Assembly (NCBI RefSeq): GCF_018350175.1
Contig: NC_058368.1
Coordinates: 46,130,001 to 46,194,000, forward strand
Source: Felis catus
Taxonomy: Eukaryota
Direction of reading: 5' to 3'
DNA: 64,000 nucleotides
Shown: piece after piece, positions 1 through 12,609 of the stretch
Layout of the letters: each line of letters begins with the position of its first letter
Position numbering within the stretch: position 1 is the stretch's first letter
The notes under the pieces: model-generated
Told to the model about the DNA's origin: nothing
The model's database searches: none
The model's input: only the letters and a program-made list of their open reading frames with translations
Position numbers and translations under genes: made by a program

Positions 1-97
1 GAATGTGTTAAAAATGCAAATTCCTGGTACCCCTGCAGAGATTCCGGACTAGTAGGCCGAGAATAAAGCACAGGTAGAGCGTTTCATTAAAAATACG

Positions 98-330
98 TTT
101 TTTTTTTTAGTATAGTTGACTCACAATGTTACATCAGTTTCAGGTGTACAATATTGTGATTCAACAACTCTACATGTTATGCTCACCACAGGTGCAACCA
201 CCGTCTGTCACTGTGCATCGCTATTACAATACCATTCACTATATTCCCTACGCTGTGCCTTTTATTCCCATGACTTACTCATTCCATAACTGGAAGCTTG
301 TACCTCCCTCTCCCTTTCCCCTCCTCCTGT
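98..330 (-). mobile_element. Carnivore LINE-1 3' end (poly-A tail and 3' UTR)
   Basis: Poly-T followed by 'agtatagttgactcacaatgttacatcagtttcaggtgtacaa', the reverse complement of a carnivore L1 3' terminus. Confidence 0.8.
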
Positions 331-419
331 ATTAGTAGAAACATAAATCGGTGCAGTCACTGTGGAAAACAATATGGAGGTTCTTCACAAAATTAAATAT
401 AGAACTATCATCTGATCCA
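331..419 (+). mobile_element. L1 ORF2 C-terminal fragment, opposite in orientation to the adjacent L1 3' end
   Basis: 'gtgcagtcactgtggaaaacaatatggaggttcttcacaaaattaaatatagaactatcatctgatcca' resembles ORF2 VQPLWKTVWRFLKKLKIELPYDP. Confidence 0.75.
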
Positions 420-426
420 AAATAAA

Positions 427-700
427 CTTTTAAATTTGAAATAATCTGACACTTATAGAAAATTCATAAAATTATAGAGTCCATTATTTCCCTCACTCTA
501 CCTCCTTCTTCCAGTGTTAACCTTTTGTATAAACCTAGCATAAATTTTAATATTAGGAAAGGTGCAATATTATTAACCAGTCTACAAACCTCATATGAAT
601 TTCACCAATTTTTCCATCTATGTCTTTTTCTTGCAGGTTCTCACATTGCATTTAGTTATTTCTCCTAAGTTTCCTCCAGTCTGTAGGAGTCCCTCAGGCT
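427..700 (-). mobile_element. Old L1 (L1MC-like) 3' UTR fragment
   Basis: Motifs 'tttgaaataat...acttatagaaaa', 'atttcaccaatttttcc' and 'cacattgcatttagtt' typical of L1MC4/5 3' ends in reverse. Confidence 0.6.
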
Positions 701-983
701 CTGCTAGCATTTGATTTGCAAAGAAAATTATCAGAAGTACTCATTAGATGGTCACTAACGTTCATGAATCTGCTGCAAATATTAGCTGTCGACTGTTTTA
801 AAGGGACCATAAGAATTTTAAAACTAAGCAAAAAAATAAAGTGTGTACAAAAATCTCCTTCGAGCCTCCGAGACTAGTCCGCCTTAGTACTTTCCCCCCC
901 AATATTGTTCGGTTTGTTTTGTAGTTGATTTCACATGCATTCAATATTGGCCCTGCAGTTCAACCAGTTGTCATTTCTTAGAC

Positions 984-1142
984 CCTTGCTACTCAAAGTT
1001 TGGTCTACATCACCTGGGAACTTGTTACAAAGAAATACAGAATGTCAGACCCCATCCCAAGCCTTAGGCCTGCTAAATCAGAATCTAAATTTTAACTAGA
1101 TTTGTAAGTGACCTGTCCAACCAATAAGGTTTGAGAAGCACA
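984..1142 (+). mobile_element. MER5A1-like hAT-Charlie MITE
   Basis: 'ccttgctactcaaagt...catcacctgggaacttgtta...aatcagaatct...tttgagaagcac' follows the MER5A1 consensus from end to end. Confidence 0.8.
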
Positions 1143-1869
1143 GAATTTGGGCATCTCTGTCTATTATATGCAGAGGTTGAGAGGGGAAATCCCGGAGGTC
1201 TCTTCACATTACTATTAATTTTGGAACGACCGATACCATTGCTTCTATGTACGGGCTACAGTTGTTCTCAGGTACTCATGAATTTCCTCTGTTTCTCTTT
1301 CCCCTTTCTTACCCTTGATATAAATCCTACAATATATTTTTATCTGAGACCTGCTTTGTATTCCATATGCACATTACACTGAGTGGGCTGTAATTATGCT
1401 GGGCTGTATTCCACTGATGTTATGTTTCTGCAGTACAGACATATTTGATGCACTATTCTAACATTTCATGAGTTGGCTTATTCAGGTGGCTCATATAAAA
1501 TAGATTTTGTACAAAACATTCTGTGTACTTTGCCTGTGTCTCAATGCTCCCGTCCTCTGTGCATCTCTCAAATTTATTGCCGACTTTCTGGATAAGCTTG
1601 GACAAGTAATTATCCTTCCTGCTTCTTATTTTCCAAGTATAAAATGGAGAGTCGAACATTGCTATGGAATGTTAGTTCTCAAGGGGATCGCAGATAGCAG
1701 TATGTTCACACCACAAAATTAGCTGGTAGAAAATTGAGATACAGTAAGGGTGTGACATGTAGAAGGTCAAAAGTCCATTACTAGGCAGAAAGAAAATGTC
1801 AGCCTCCAGGTCTTCTAACCGTAGACCAGAGCTTTTCCTCAGGCCCTCTCTGCCAACATAATGCATCAT

Positions 1870-2455
1870 CACTACCCTTTCCATATTTTCTCAGAGGAAG
1901 AGGGATCCCTCTTCCTTTCCAAGGCTTTGTCTTTGACTCTATATGAGGTTTGCACTCCTCCAACTTTGATTTCATGTTTTTCTTCTCTATCCACAAATAT
2001 GTCAAGTACCGTTTTCTCATTTAATAACTGCCAATATCACAGTAGAAATATTTTCTGACACCTATCAGTCCTATTACCGCATTTTCCATTTGTTTCAAAA
2101 TCACTTGACTATCTCTGCTTCCTCAATATCTAATTACTCTTCATGCCATCTTATTCTGGCTCTTCCTTAAATCAGTTACTGACACATCACTCATTGATAA
2201 CTGACACATTTACAAATTCCAAGGGCTTTGTTCACTCTTCATCCTTTTTCACCTCTCCAAAGTCACTGAATTGTTAACCACATCCTATTTCTCAAATCTG
2301 TGATCTCCTCAGATCTAGCATCCCTTTCTCCTTGGTTCCCTGATCTTTCCATCTGTCTCTCCCACTGGCTCATCATACCCTACCTGCTAAAATGCCATGA
2401 TGCACCTGGCTACATTATATTCTTACTTGCACTACATTTCCAAGGTCGTTATCTC
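1870..2455 (+). mobile_element. L2 LINE ORF2 (RT region) relic, upstream part
   Basis: Pyrimidine-rich; 'ctcttcatcctttttcacctctccaaagtcactgaattgttaaccac' resembles L2 RT LILLDLSAAFDTVDH. Confidence 0.6.
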
Positions 2456-2459
2456 AGTT

Positions 2460-3327
2460 TGTGTCCCAGGTGTTGAATTATTCGTGTTTGGTTCTTTCAC
2501 CCTTTTTGTCTGCTCAGTGAAAATGAGTTTGAGCCCTTCAGCTATTTTTCCTTAGTCATCTGGCAGAGTTTGAGCCCTTCAGCTATTTTTCCTTAGTCAT
2601 CTGGCAGAAGGTGAGGTTTTGTCTCTGGAGGGCACTTGAGTGACATTTCAGTAGGAAAGGATTTTTCTTCCGGGTTCCAGTGCTCATTGGGCAGCTTCTG
2701 TGGCACAAAGGTCTCCTCCAGTGTCCAGTTTCTATAGTGCACTCAACTTTCCCAAGGCCAAGTGACTGCCGTGTGGGCTTTTTTTTTTTAGCAACAGTTT
2801 CCTGCAGTGCATATACATTCTCCAGCACCAAGCTTCCACAGTGTCAATGTTCTCTGCAGTGTCCATCTTCTGTGATGCATGGCAGCCAGTAGCACCCACT
2901 GGCCAGCAACTTCCCCCAGCAAACTTCTTAGGTATTTTTGGATTGGGGTGTGAATAATGAGACATGTCCCTATGAACAGCTTTCCCCAGTATCCTCAAGG
3001 GAAGATTTCTGAAACATTCCACTGGTAAGGCACCACAGTGACTCATCTGCCACTCAGTGAGCCAGAGCCAGAGCTACGACTTCCCCAACAGGATTCTACT
3101 CTGAAGCCTGGAGGAAGTCTCCCTCAGGTACTCTAGCTCAGCTCCTATAAGAAGTGGCTTCTCCTGATATCTGTTATTTCTGTACATTTTAGAATTCTCT
3201 TTATTTCTGTCTTGTCAATTCTTTATTACTATAAGCCCCTGTTGTAATAAACAACTCCTTATATTAAACTTCACCTATTCAAATTACTGAGGGTCTCGTT
3301 CTCCCATTTGGTCCCAGAAATGATACA
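2460..3327 (+). mobile_element. ERVL solo LTR, LTR41-like
   Basis: TG...CA termini; 3' part 'ttagaattctcttt...tatattaaacttcacctattcaaattactg...tgataca' matches my recollection of LTR41. Confidence 0.7.
2525..2606. repeat. Perfect 41-bp tandem duplication inside the LTR
   Basis: gagtttgagcccttcagctatttttccttagtcatctggca occurs at 2525-2565 and 2566-2606. Confidence 0.97.
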
Positions 3328-3337
3328 GCCTTCCCAA

Positions 3338-3923
3338 TGTGAGATAACCTAGTTTCTCCAGAGAGCACTGCCTTAGGTAGTCTTAACTGCTACTATTCTA
3401 TTAGAATGTAGAATCCTCATGAAGCAAGAATGAAGTAAAGAAGAAGTGAGATATGGCTGGAAGGAGAACAAGGATGAGGGGTTTAACTAAGCTGGAGGCA
3501 CCCATTGTTATCAAATGTAATTGTTTGATGGATCACACTGGGCCATGTTTTGAGGGACTGTATGAATTAACAGAAGCCTGTTTTGAGGAAGAAGAGAACA
3601 TAATTTATTTACTGGCGGTCTTGATTTCCATTAATCACGGTCTTACCCCAACACTGCACTAAGTCTCCTCTACTTCCAGTTTGTGCATACAAAGATGCTA
3701 AGCAGATAGCTCCTGTGCCTCACACCACGGTCGCAAAAGAAGGGGTCTTAAGGCAAGAGGGAAAATGTGCAAGGTATGGGCATAAGGTGTGATCTTGCAC
3801 AAAGACAATCAGAGTCCATGTAGTATAGATCACAGCAGCGGTGGCTTGGACGGCAATGATGGTAAATAGCTGAGAGTCCCAGAAATGGATAAGAATGAGA
3901 ATATTTGAGGAGGCATCTAGAAC
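3338..3923 (-). mobile_element. ERVL solo LTR, LTR40-like
   Basis: 'ctacttccagtttgtgcat...cacaccacggtc...cacagcagcggtggct' resembles LTR40 in reverse orientation. Confidence 0.55.
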
Positions 3924-3929
3924 CTGGAC

Positions 3930-4988
3930 ATGGGATTTTATCCATGCCCGTGACCCAAACCACATTCTACATGAAGGTGAATCTGAAGTCTCTTTCTCAG
4001 ACATATCTTCCCTCCTGAGAACCAAGCTGTACTTCCAAATATTTAATCAGCATACATGGATGCAGACCTTGCAAGTTCCTCAAACTGGACATGTGCCAAG
4101 CTGAATTCAATTTACTATTTCCAAAACAGACTCTGCCTGATGTCCTCTCTCTTAGTAAAAAGAGTCAGCATTCATTTTTACACTCTACCAAGATAGAAGC
4201 CTTGATTCTCCCCTGGTCTTGTCCACTCTTTCACTGACTTAAATCTCATCATCAACCAAACCTTTTTACATTTTTTTTAGAAATGTCTCCCAATTCTGGC
4301 TTCTATTCTGATCTTCACTGCAATGGTCTTATTCCAAGTCTGTCCTCATCATTCTCTCAAATTACTGCAGTGGTCTCCTGTCACAGCCTCTCTCTAATCC
4401 CTTCACGTGGTGATTATCTAAAAAATGATTCTGTTACTTCTCTACATTAAAATCACCCTTGGCTGTCCACTGGCTGCAAAATAAAATACAAATTCCTGAG
4501 TTTAGCATACAAAGTCATTCACAGTATGCAACCAATTGCCCATTCCTATCACCACACCTTCTCCTTCCACTCATTCTCCCCTTTAGCCATGTTTTTCCCC
4601 CATAAACTAAGCTCCCATGAACATACCTATAGCATTCCAAAAACTTCCATGTTTCAGGACTTATGCAAATGTTTGCCCTACTGCTTAGAACAGGAAAAAT
4701 CTCTATTTCTCATAAAAACCAGATCAAATGTCACCTCTTCAATAACTTTCCTAGATGTAGTTAACTGTTCTGTTCTCTGAGCTCCTATAGCACATCCCCT
4801 CTCCCTTCTATAAGTATTTATCATATTTTATTATAATTTATTTGTTTTTACACCTGTATTACCCACTATACTGTGATTTCCTCAAGTGCAGGGACCATGT
4901 ATTATTCATTCTTGCATTCCCAGCACTCAGCATGGTACTTGTGCATAAACTGTCCAATAAATATGTGTTGAATGGAATTTAAATGAAA
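3930..4988 (+). mobile_element. L2 LINE 3' portion including tail
   Basis: 'ctcaaactggacatgtgccaagctgaa', 'aaatgtcacctcttc', 'gggaccatgt', ending 'aataaatatgtgttgaatg' (L2 3' terminus). Confidence 0.85.
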
Positions 4989-6859
4989 TCATAGGTGTAA
5001 AAAAACGTACGTATGTATACTATTGTTATCAGCAAAGCAGCGTTTCACCATAGCACGATATACATACTTATAAAGATTCTGTGTTAATGCCATAGACACT
5101 TTGTCAACCATCCAAAAAGCAGCGGAGCTTTTTGCCAATGAGCAACAGCAGTGTATGTTGACAGTTTATTTCAGTACATTATATGGCACTCAACCAAAAT
5201 TGAACAGCAAGAAAAGATGGAAAGAAAATGACTATTTTCTAGGCCTCCATCACTGCATGTAGGACTAAATGGATTTCATGATGTTCATGTGCCTTGGTTT
5301 GCATCAGCCTGGTGTGTAAATCAAATTGATCGTCCTGAGTTGTTTGGCCCAGGACTGTCATTCTAAGGTCTACAGTCCTACAATGCTATATTACACTCTA
5401 TTATTGTATACTACATCACAGCATACTGTATCTATTACAGTCACCTCCTGTAGAATTACCTTTTACAAAAGGATGGAACACACCCTAAATTATAATGGCC
5501 TCATCACTTGTACCAGCTTTAGTGGAAGAAGCCCTTTTAGCAACCATGTTATTACCTCTGGTATGATTAGAGGAAAGGTAGTAATTCATTCCAAGACTAA
5601 AATGCTTTCCTAGAAAAAAAATAAATCTAGATATTTTAAGATATTTAAGATTAGCTGTACAATTTACAGAACCATGTTCAGAAGCTTTCCCCTTAGAATT
5701 ATATGCTTATATGTAGGATGCTAGAGCTGAAGTTAACTCTCAGACTGATTTGTGGGTGAGGAGACTTGATTCTTCATTGGATCTTTACACTCTGTATAAA
5801 GATACAAAATTACTATTTTTTTAGAACTTTCATATCTTTCTGGTCCAAGAATACATGTAAAATATGCCTGGGTACTTGGACCTAGTATCATGTACATACA
5901 GACTACAGAAGATTATTTCTGGTCTATCAGCAATAATGATGTTTCCTCATCCATTGGCTTATTTTTATATTGTAAATTAGGTAAACTCTGCAAATGCTCA
6001 TTTTTCTTTCTTTGCTTTGGCTGGACAAAGCTTGGAGTGAAATTTGTGCACTGAATTTAGCAAGTACATAAGTCTTTATATACTGAATATTTTATACTAA
6101 ACCTCATCCCAAATTCATCTTAATTTCCTATCCTTTTTGTTACTCTCCCTCTATTTTCACTTAATTTAATCTATTTTATCATGCCAACATACCTATTATT
6201 ATAAAACTGGATTCATTTTTAGGAACGAGGTGAGACATTAATAAATAAATGCAGAAATAAAACTATTCCTTCTAATGAATTACATAATTTTTACTTTTTG
6301 TCCCTGACTAACTATTTGCTGGGCTCCATCTATCAGCAGAACTACATAAAAGGAGCATCAAATATTCCACTACGCTGGTTCTTAATGTATCAGCCATGAC
6401 CAGGGAAAATATTTCTTTACAATTTTCAGTCACTGTTCTTATGTTCCATCCCTGGGAATTATGGTTCAAGTCTAGCATGGGGCCCATTCAACTATATTTT
6501 TTGGACATCCTCACAGATGACTCTGACATACACCCCACTTTAAAAAATGAATAATTGGAGAAAATAGGATGAACCACCATTTTCCAGTTAAAAAGGAGAT
6601 AGTGTAACTTGTGTATATATATTTATGATAGATAGGTGATACATAGATACAATGATAGGAATCTGTTTAACAAAATGAGGAGCGGTGAAAAGAAAACAAC
6701 ATACAGGATGGAGAAAAATGTTAATTTAAATCACATACAGGGCTGTGGCAATTATTGCATGGTAGAAGCAATGAGGCTTGTAGAGTAGTTTGGAAGATTT
6801 CTGAGAAATAATTACTTCTTCCCTCTACGTTCAGGACATCATGATAGGTCCAGTAAATA

Positions 6860-6960
6860 TCATGTTTGAGCACTTCAGATGCTAGTATCATAGGAAGTAC
6901 TTTGTAACCTGTACCTAATACCTACTTTCATCTTAGGATAATCCTTTGAGGTATGTATGA

Positions 6961-7014
<54 letters not shown>

Positions 7015-7150
7015 TTTTTTCTCACCAGCCAACTGACATCTATTTAGGTTGAACATTTGGCCACAGTCACACATGGGTCTGGAAGTGACAGGATCTAGAT
7101 GTAAATCCGTGTCTTCTTAGTCCCAAACCTGTGTTTGCGCCTACCACATT
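6860..7150 (-). mobile_element. MIR SINE containing a (CT)n expansion
   Basis: Degenerate reverse MIR ('ataatcctttgaggta', 'ttggccacagtcacac'). Confidence 0.55.
6961..7012. repeat. (CT)n microsatellite
   Basis: Directly visible. Confidence 0.95.
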
Positions 7151-8589
7151 TTATCTTCCTCCTTCAACATATTTGCCTTTTTCCTGACAGAGTTCCGGAC
7201 CATGCAAAACAAACCTACCTACCTTTCCTCACTTCAAATACCGCAGAAAATCACTTAAATATATATAAGAATTTGAAATGACTATATTTGAAGTTGGGAA
7301 AATTTACGTAAACACTGGTCTATGAATGAGGTCAGTAGCCATTAAGGTTTTTCAGGTTTAAATATTCTAAGATGTTATTTAAATAAACTAAATGGGTACT
7401 TTTTTTGAAATTAATGGAGCATATGCTCAGATTCATTTGAACCTAGATTCATTAACCCCTGCTCCACTGATTTTTATTCAGTATTTCTAACAAGAGAGAA
7501 TTAAACCTTTGAAAGCAATGATGCATATAAGCTTATATTCCATATACTAAAAAGCCCCACTTCAGTTTGTTGTGGTTTTTCCAAATGTTCTTTCTTATAT
7601 GGATTATGGTATTCATTTGGTCTCCCAATTTTTGTGCCAATTAGGGGTGATTTATTTTATTTTGAAACATTTAACATGGAATACCATATATCTAGAAGAT
7701 TCACTGTCTTACGCATTTGGTGATAAAATTATAATCTTACCAAATGCGTAATATTTGCAATACTTTTAATTTTATAGTTAGCAGATATTTTTAAAATACA
7801 GTATATAATTTGGTTTATTAAAGGTGTCAAATCAGTATGTTTATTATTTACATTCTTTTGCTTATTTTGAAACAAGTTGTACATTTATTTTGCAGTCATG
7901 AATAAGCATGTTGACAATGTATACGTTTTTAGTATTGTCTTAAAGCCAAAAAGAAAAATCTCAATCTTGTCAAGTCTTTAATGTTAAAGCTGAAACTGTG
8001 TGCAGAGTGTACTTGAATAGGTCTCAGATTTTCAATTCTATTCAGCCAGCTTCCCTTGAACAGTTGGGGCAATTTCATTGTCAAAATTGTGCTGCCTTTT
8101 AACAGGAAATCAACTGAGATTTGAATTCCATAATTTATGCTGGGTCTCTGAATTTTCTAGTTGTACTGGAAAGATTGTATAAAACCAGAGCAAGATAAGT
8201 CCGGTAAAAGGGAACATGATATAGACAAGGCTGATACTATAGGTAATCAGAGCAACTGGCTAACATGAGATACCCTTGCAACTCCAGATACCTCATATCA
8301 AACATAAATATGGTAATGAATTTTGGACAAAGTCCTGTGGCTGGTACTTGTTATTCAATTGGGTGGAGTATTTTATCAAATTTATTAGTTTTAGAAAGTG
8401 TGTGTCTTGGCATCCAAACGTCTCTGTGAATCTCCCTTCTAATCTCAGATCATTAGTTAATAAAAATAGGTACAATTTTTTGAGTGCCCACCTTCGGCCA
8501 AACATTGCATTTTAAACACTCAACACATAGTCTATAATCTAATCTCTGTAAGTAAGTAAGTACGTTGGTGTTTTGTTTTGTTTTGTTTT

Positions 8590-8725
8590 TCCTCCTATTA
8601 CAGCAACGAGGAATCTAAGGCTCAGAGAGAGAAATCGACTTGGCTTACGTTAAAGTCCTGGTAAATCATGATTCCAACTCAGGATTCAAATTCCAAAGCC
8701 CACACCCTTGATCTCTGCTATAATG
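8590..8725 (-). mobile_element. MIR core fragment
   Basis: 'gaggaatctaaggctcagagaga...gacttggct...caggattcaaa' is a reverse MIR core. Confidence 0.65.
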
Positions 8726-9709
8726 CTTCTCTCCTTCTCTGCCTTCCAAACAGAATCCTTCCTTTGTCAATAGATATGTTAGAGACCAACACAGTACTAT
8801 TCCTGCATCCTTCCTTCCATTGATTTTATTGACGAATCGTTTTTAAGAATTTCAACTATTGCAAATAAATCTCTTCTTCAGTTTAGAACTAGTTCATCCA
8901 TTCTTGTGTGTTCCATTAGCAGAAAAGTAGGTTTGTTTTGCAGTCCTGTGTTAAGATTACCTTGAAATATGAAAGATCTCTATTTCTCACACGGGTGTAG
9001 AAATCTATGGAAAAGGCAGTAATGTCATTTTGGCAGTGTATCATCCTGAATCAGAAACTAAAGCATGCAAACTGAAATTGATTTGTAACAGGTACCTTAT
9101 TAGAAGCAAACATCAAGAAAACTAGAATCAATGTTGAAACAAAAATTTGTCTTGTAAGCAATCCTGAGTGAAATGTGTTGACACAGCATCACATTCTGTA
9201 GCCCCATTTTTGCATGCTTTTCAAAGCACAGCTATCTCAGGCTGAGGGAGATGAATAATTGACTGATCACTGCATAATTCAACATAGTGTTGTAAAAATT
9301 CAAGGTCTGGCAAATTTGAAGCTTTTCTTTTTTATTGAGACTGAGGTTAAAGTTTCAATCAACCTTGAAGAAACATTTAAATAGCACAAGGATATATGAT
9401 TTATTAAAGTGCATATTATTCTTTCTTATATTCCCTCCTTCTTCATTAAGCTACCTCACATAATGCACATATAAAGTTAAAAGACTATCTATAAGGTTTA
9501 GTGGCGTTCCGCCTGTAGTGACTTCAAAAGCACTAGCATCATCAATGTCTAAATACACTTATCAAGCAAAGAAGCTCAAATAGGTTGCCTTCTATCTGTC
9601 CCATTATATTTCTTTTATTTTTTATATACAACTATTTGGTAAATTTAATACAGAAAAGGGCAAGCAAAATTCTTGTGAAATATGCTGACAACTTAATCTA
9701 TTATAAAAC

Positions 9710-9711
<2 letters not shown>

Positions 9712-9752
<41 letters not shown>
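9712..9752. repeat. (AC)n microsatellite
   Basis: Directly visible, about 20 units. Confidence 0.95.
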
Positions 9753-9756
<4 letters not shown>

Positions 9757-9863
9757 ATTAGAGTATAGAATGATTTTTCATTCAATCGATTTTCCTATAA
9801 AATTTTTTTATTATCTATTATGTTCCAGGCACTCTCTTCCAAACCACAATTCAAGTTAGAAGG

Positions 9864-9910
9864 AAAACAAAACAAAACAAAACAAAACAAAAAAAGCAAA
9901 CAAACAAAAA
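9864..9910. repeat. (AAAAC)n / A-rich repeat
   Basis: Directly visible. Confidence 0.9.
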
Positions 9911-10039
9911 ATCAGATGCTTTGTCAAGAATAAAATGATCAGCTTTGACAGAGTACTACAGGAAAAAAAAAGCTGTTTTTGTTCAACTAAGTGTGAGATA
10001 CGTTGACAATTAGCATATTATTTTAAAATGCTATTGTTA

Positions 10040-10164
10040 CTGAGGGTTGATGGGGGGTGGGAGGGAGGAGAGGGTGGGGGATGGGTATTGAGGAGGGCAC
10101 CTTTTGGGATGAGCACTGGGTGTTGTATGGAAACCAATTTGTCAATAAATTTCATATATTAAAA
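10040..10164 (+). mobile_element. Young, extremely 5'-truncated felid L1 3' end with perfect TSD
   Basis: G-rich tract plus 'gggatgagcactgggtgttgtatggaaaccaatttgtcaataaa'; flanked by aaaatgctattgtta at 10025-10039 and 10165-10179. Confidence 0.92.
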
Positions 10165-11994
10165 AAAATGCTATTGTTATATTTATTTTCAAACAATGTT
10201 TCAAAATTATATTTCCATTTAGTTTTTCTTAAAAAAAGATTCAGAAAAACATTTCTCCATTAATATACAATTGTTCCATATTAACATATAATCATTCCAT
10301 ATTAACATATAATAATTATTCCATTAAATGAATTGGCAATGTTATAGGTATTCTCAGAAAATTTTAAGCCATTATTAACCTTTGGATACGTCTACACATA
10401 TAAAGAAAAGTTTTGTTTTGCATAAAATTTGTTTGGATACAGGAAGATTATTCTAATATGTAAAAGCTGTATTTAGCTAATGTATAGCTCTTTAAAATGT
10501 TTGTTTTTAAAATCATTCTCAATGTATATTTGGAGAAAACAGGATGAATGGCAAATAGTATGTGAAGAGGCGAGATTGATTTTGCATTACAAATAGCCTT
10601 CCTCATAAAATAAATACTTTAGTCTGGAGTGCATGTTAAGAATATTTAGTTCAATCCCATCTACGTGGATGGGATAGGGTGTTTAGCCTAATTCTACTAA
10701 CATATAATCAGAATTCAATTATTGTGTAAGGCCTGACCCCTACAAGATACGATAGAAACAGGAAACATGGATGGTCTCCTTGAAAACCTGACACTTACTG
10801 GGGTGCAAAAATTAACTAATAAATGTAATGATTTAATATCTTTCCTTTCTAAATCTTAAATGAAGAAGAAGATGACATGAAGCCAAGGAAAAAGAATTTA
10901 AAAATAAATAAAATGGCCCAGTAAATTGCCATGTTTTGGTGAAGTGATTTGTAGACAAGACACTGCCACTAATAACTATGAATCTGTTAAAAACTGTCAT
11001 CATGTAGTTAAGTCCTCAGTTGAAACACTCTTATTTGCCTACTGTAACTTAAATGCTAGAATTACTTTTCCAAGGTCTAAATCAGAAAGTCACATACTTG
11101 GGACACTGGTTTTCAACTTTTTTCGTAACACGGATTACCCGGAATCACATAAAACATTTTGTCCTGAAATTTACTTAGCAATTCTTTGGGCTGTCTAATG
11201 AACTACAAGAATTCTCATTACTGTTAGGTGCACAGGAGTGTATGCTGCATGGCACACACTGTTGATTTGATACCCTCTATGATGACAGTCTATGGTTCAC
11301 CAGCTTGGTTAAACAGCACATCAGAAGCAGTGATGGGTGATCAATCTCATTCCCCATAGCATTGCTCCCCAAAGAGTCATTATTGAGAATAAAATGAGGA
11401 AAGGCTATCACAGGGAATCATTGGATCTATAGCTTTAAAAAAAAAGTCTAAGAAAATAAATGAATAAGAGTCTTGGGAAAATGCATTTTTAAAACCTTGT
11501 TACAAAGAGACGCAAAGGGACTGATTAATATCTTAGAAGTGGTAATTTTATTTTCATACTTACTAGTACATCTCAGTGTCAAATACTAAATAGCAGTGTA
11601 TTATGCTGGGATATTTAGAGGAACTTCCATTTCATTACTATATTCATTCCCAAGAATCAGTTAAAAGAAGCATACAAGGCATCAGAACCTCGACCTTGTA
11701 TCCAATTTTTGTTCTGTTGTTCTACATTGAAGGATGGAAATTAACAGCATAACTGGAATAAAAAGCCAATTCTAAAATCTAAAGTTACTTCTACAGTGAT
11801 TTAGCTGAAACAATTCTAATTTCTTTCCTTGAATTACACATATTGTCAATGTTTTTAAGCAAACCTAGTGAGGTACAGTAACTAGAACTAATTTTATTCT
11901 GCATAAATATCCCTTGTAGGATCTTGATGATCAAACTGAGGCAGAGAACACTTAGTGGGGAAGGTTGTAAACCAGAAAAAATAAAATGTTAATT

Positions 11995-12220
11995 ATAATA
12001 ACAACTGAAATTTCTTTAGTGCTTTGATGTTTTGGTACTTGCTAAGAATTTTTATAGAATATATCAGTTAATCCTCATAGTAATCCTGGAGTAGATTATA
12101 TTATTTATATAGTCTATATATGAGGAAATGGAGGTATAGAAAAATTAAATAACTTGTCTAAGGTCATAATTTGTAAGTGTTGGAATATAATTTGAAACAA
12201 GAGAGCTTGACTTCAGTTAC
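11995..12220 (-). mobile_element. MIR SINE
   Basis: 'ttaatcctcatagtaatcct...tgaggaaatggagg...aacttgtctaaggtca' is reverse MIR. Confidence 0.75.
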
Positions 12221-12609
12221 CACTTATTAGTTCCCAGATTACTTCTCTTAAAATATTGCTTCAAATTGTCTACAGGTTGCTTTTAATTCCAGGGACCAAA
12301 TTTTCTGGATCTTACAGTGGGAAATAGTCTCTATTTGATAAATAAAATACAGAACTTAAAAAAATGATTTTAAATGCACTCATTGTTTTGGGGTTTTTTT
12401 TGGGGGGGGTGTTTTTGTTTTTGTTTGGTTTGTGTATCAGGTTTGTTATTCTCAACAACAAATTACAGAAAACCCTTATCAAAGGTTTTTCAAATCATCT
12501 TCAACAGCTAGGAAATACTAGTGCCTCCCATAAAAGAAATACTCACAATGCTGGCTGTGGTGTTAAAATAATTGAATACCTAAAATGATACCATCTTTTC
12601 ATATTACTA

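Noticed and set aside
1183..1193. NF-kB-like site ggggaaatccc
   Set aside because: A single short motif is expected by chance in 64 kb, and there is no supporting context.
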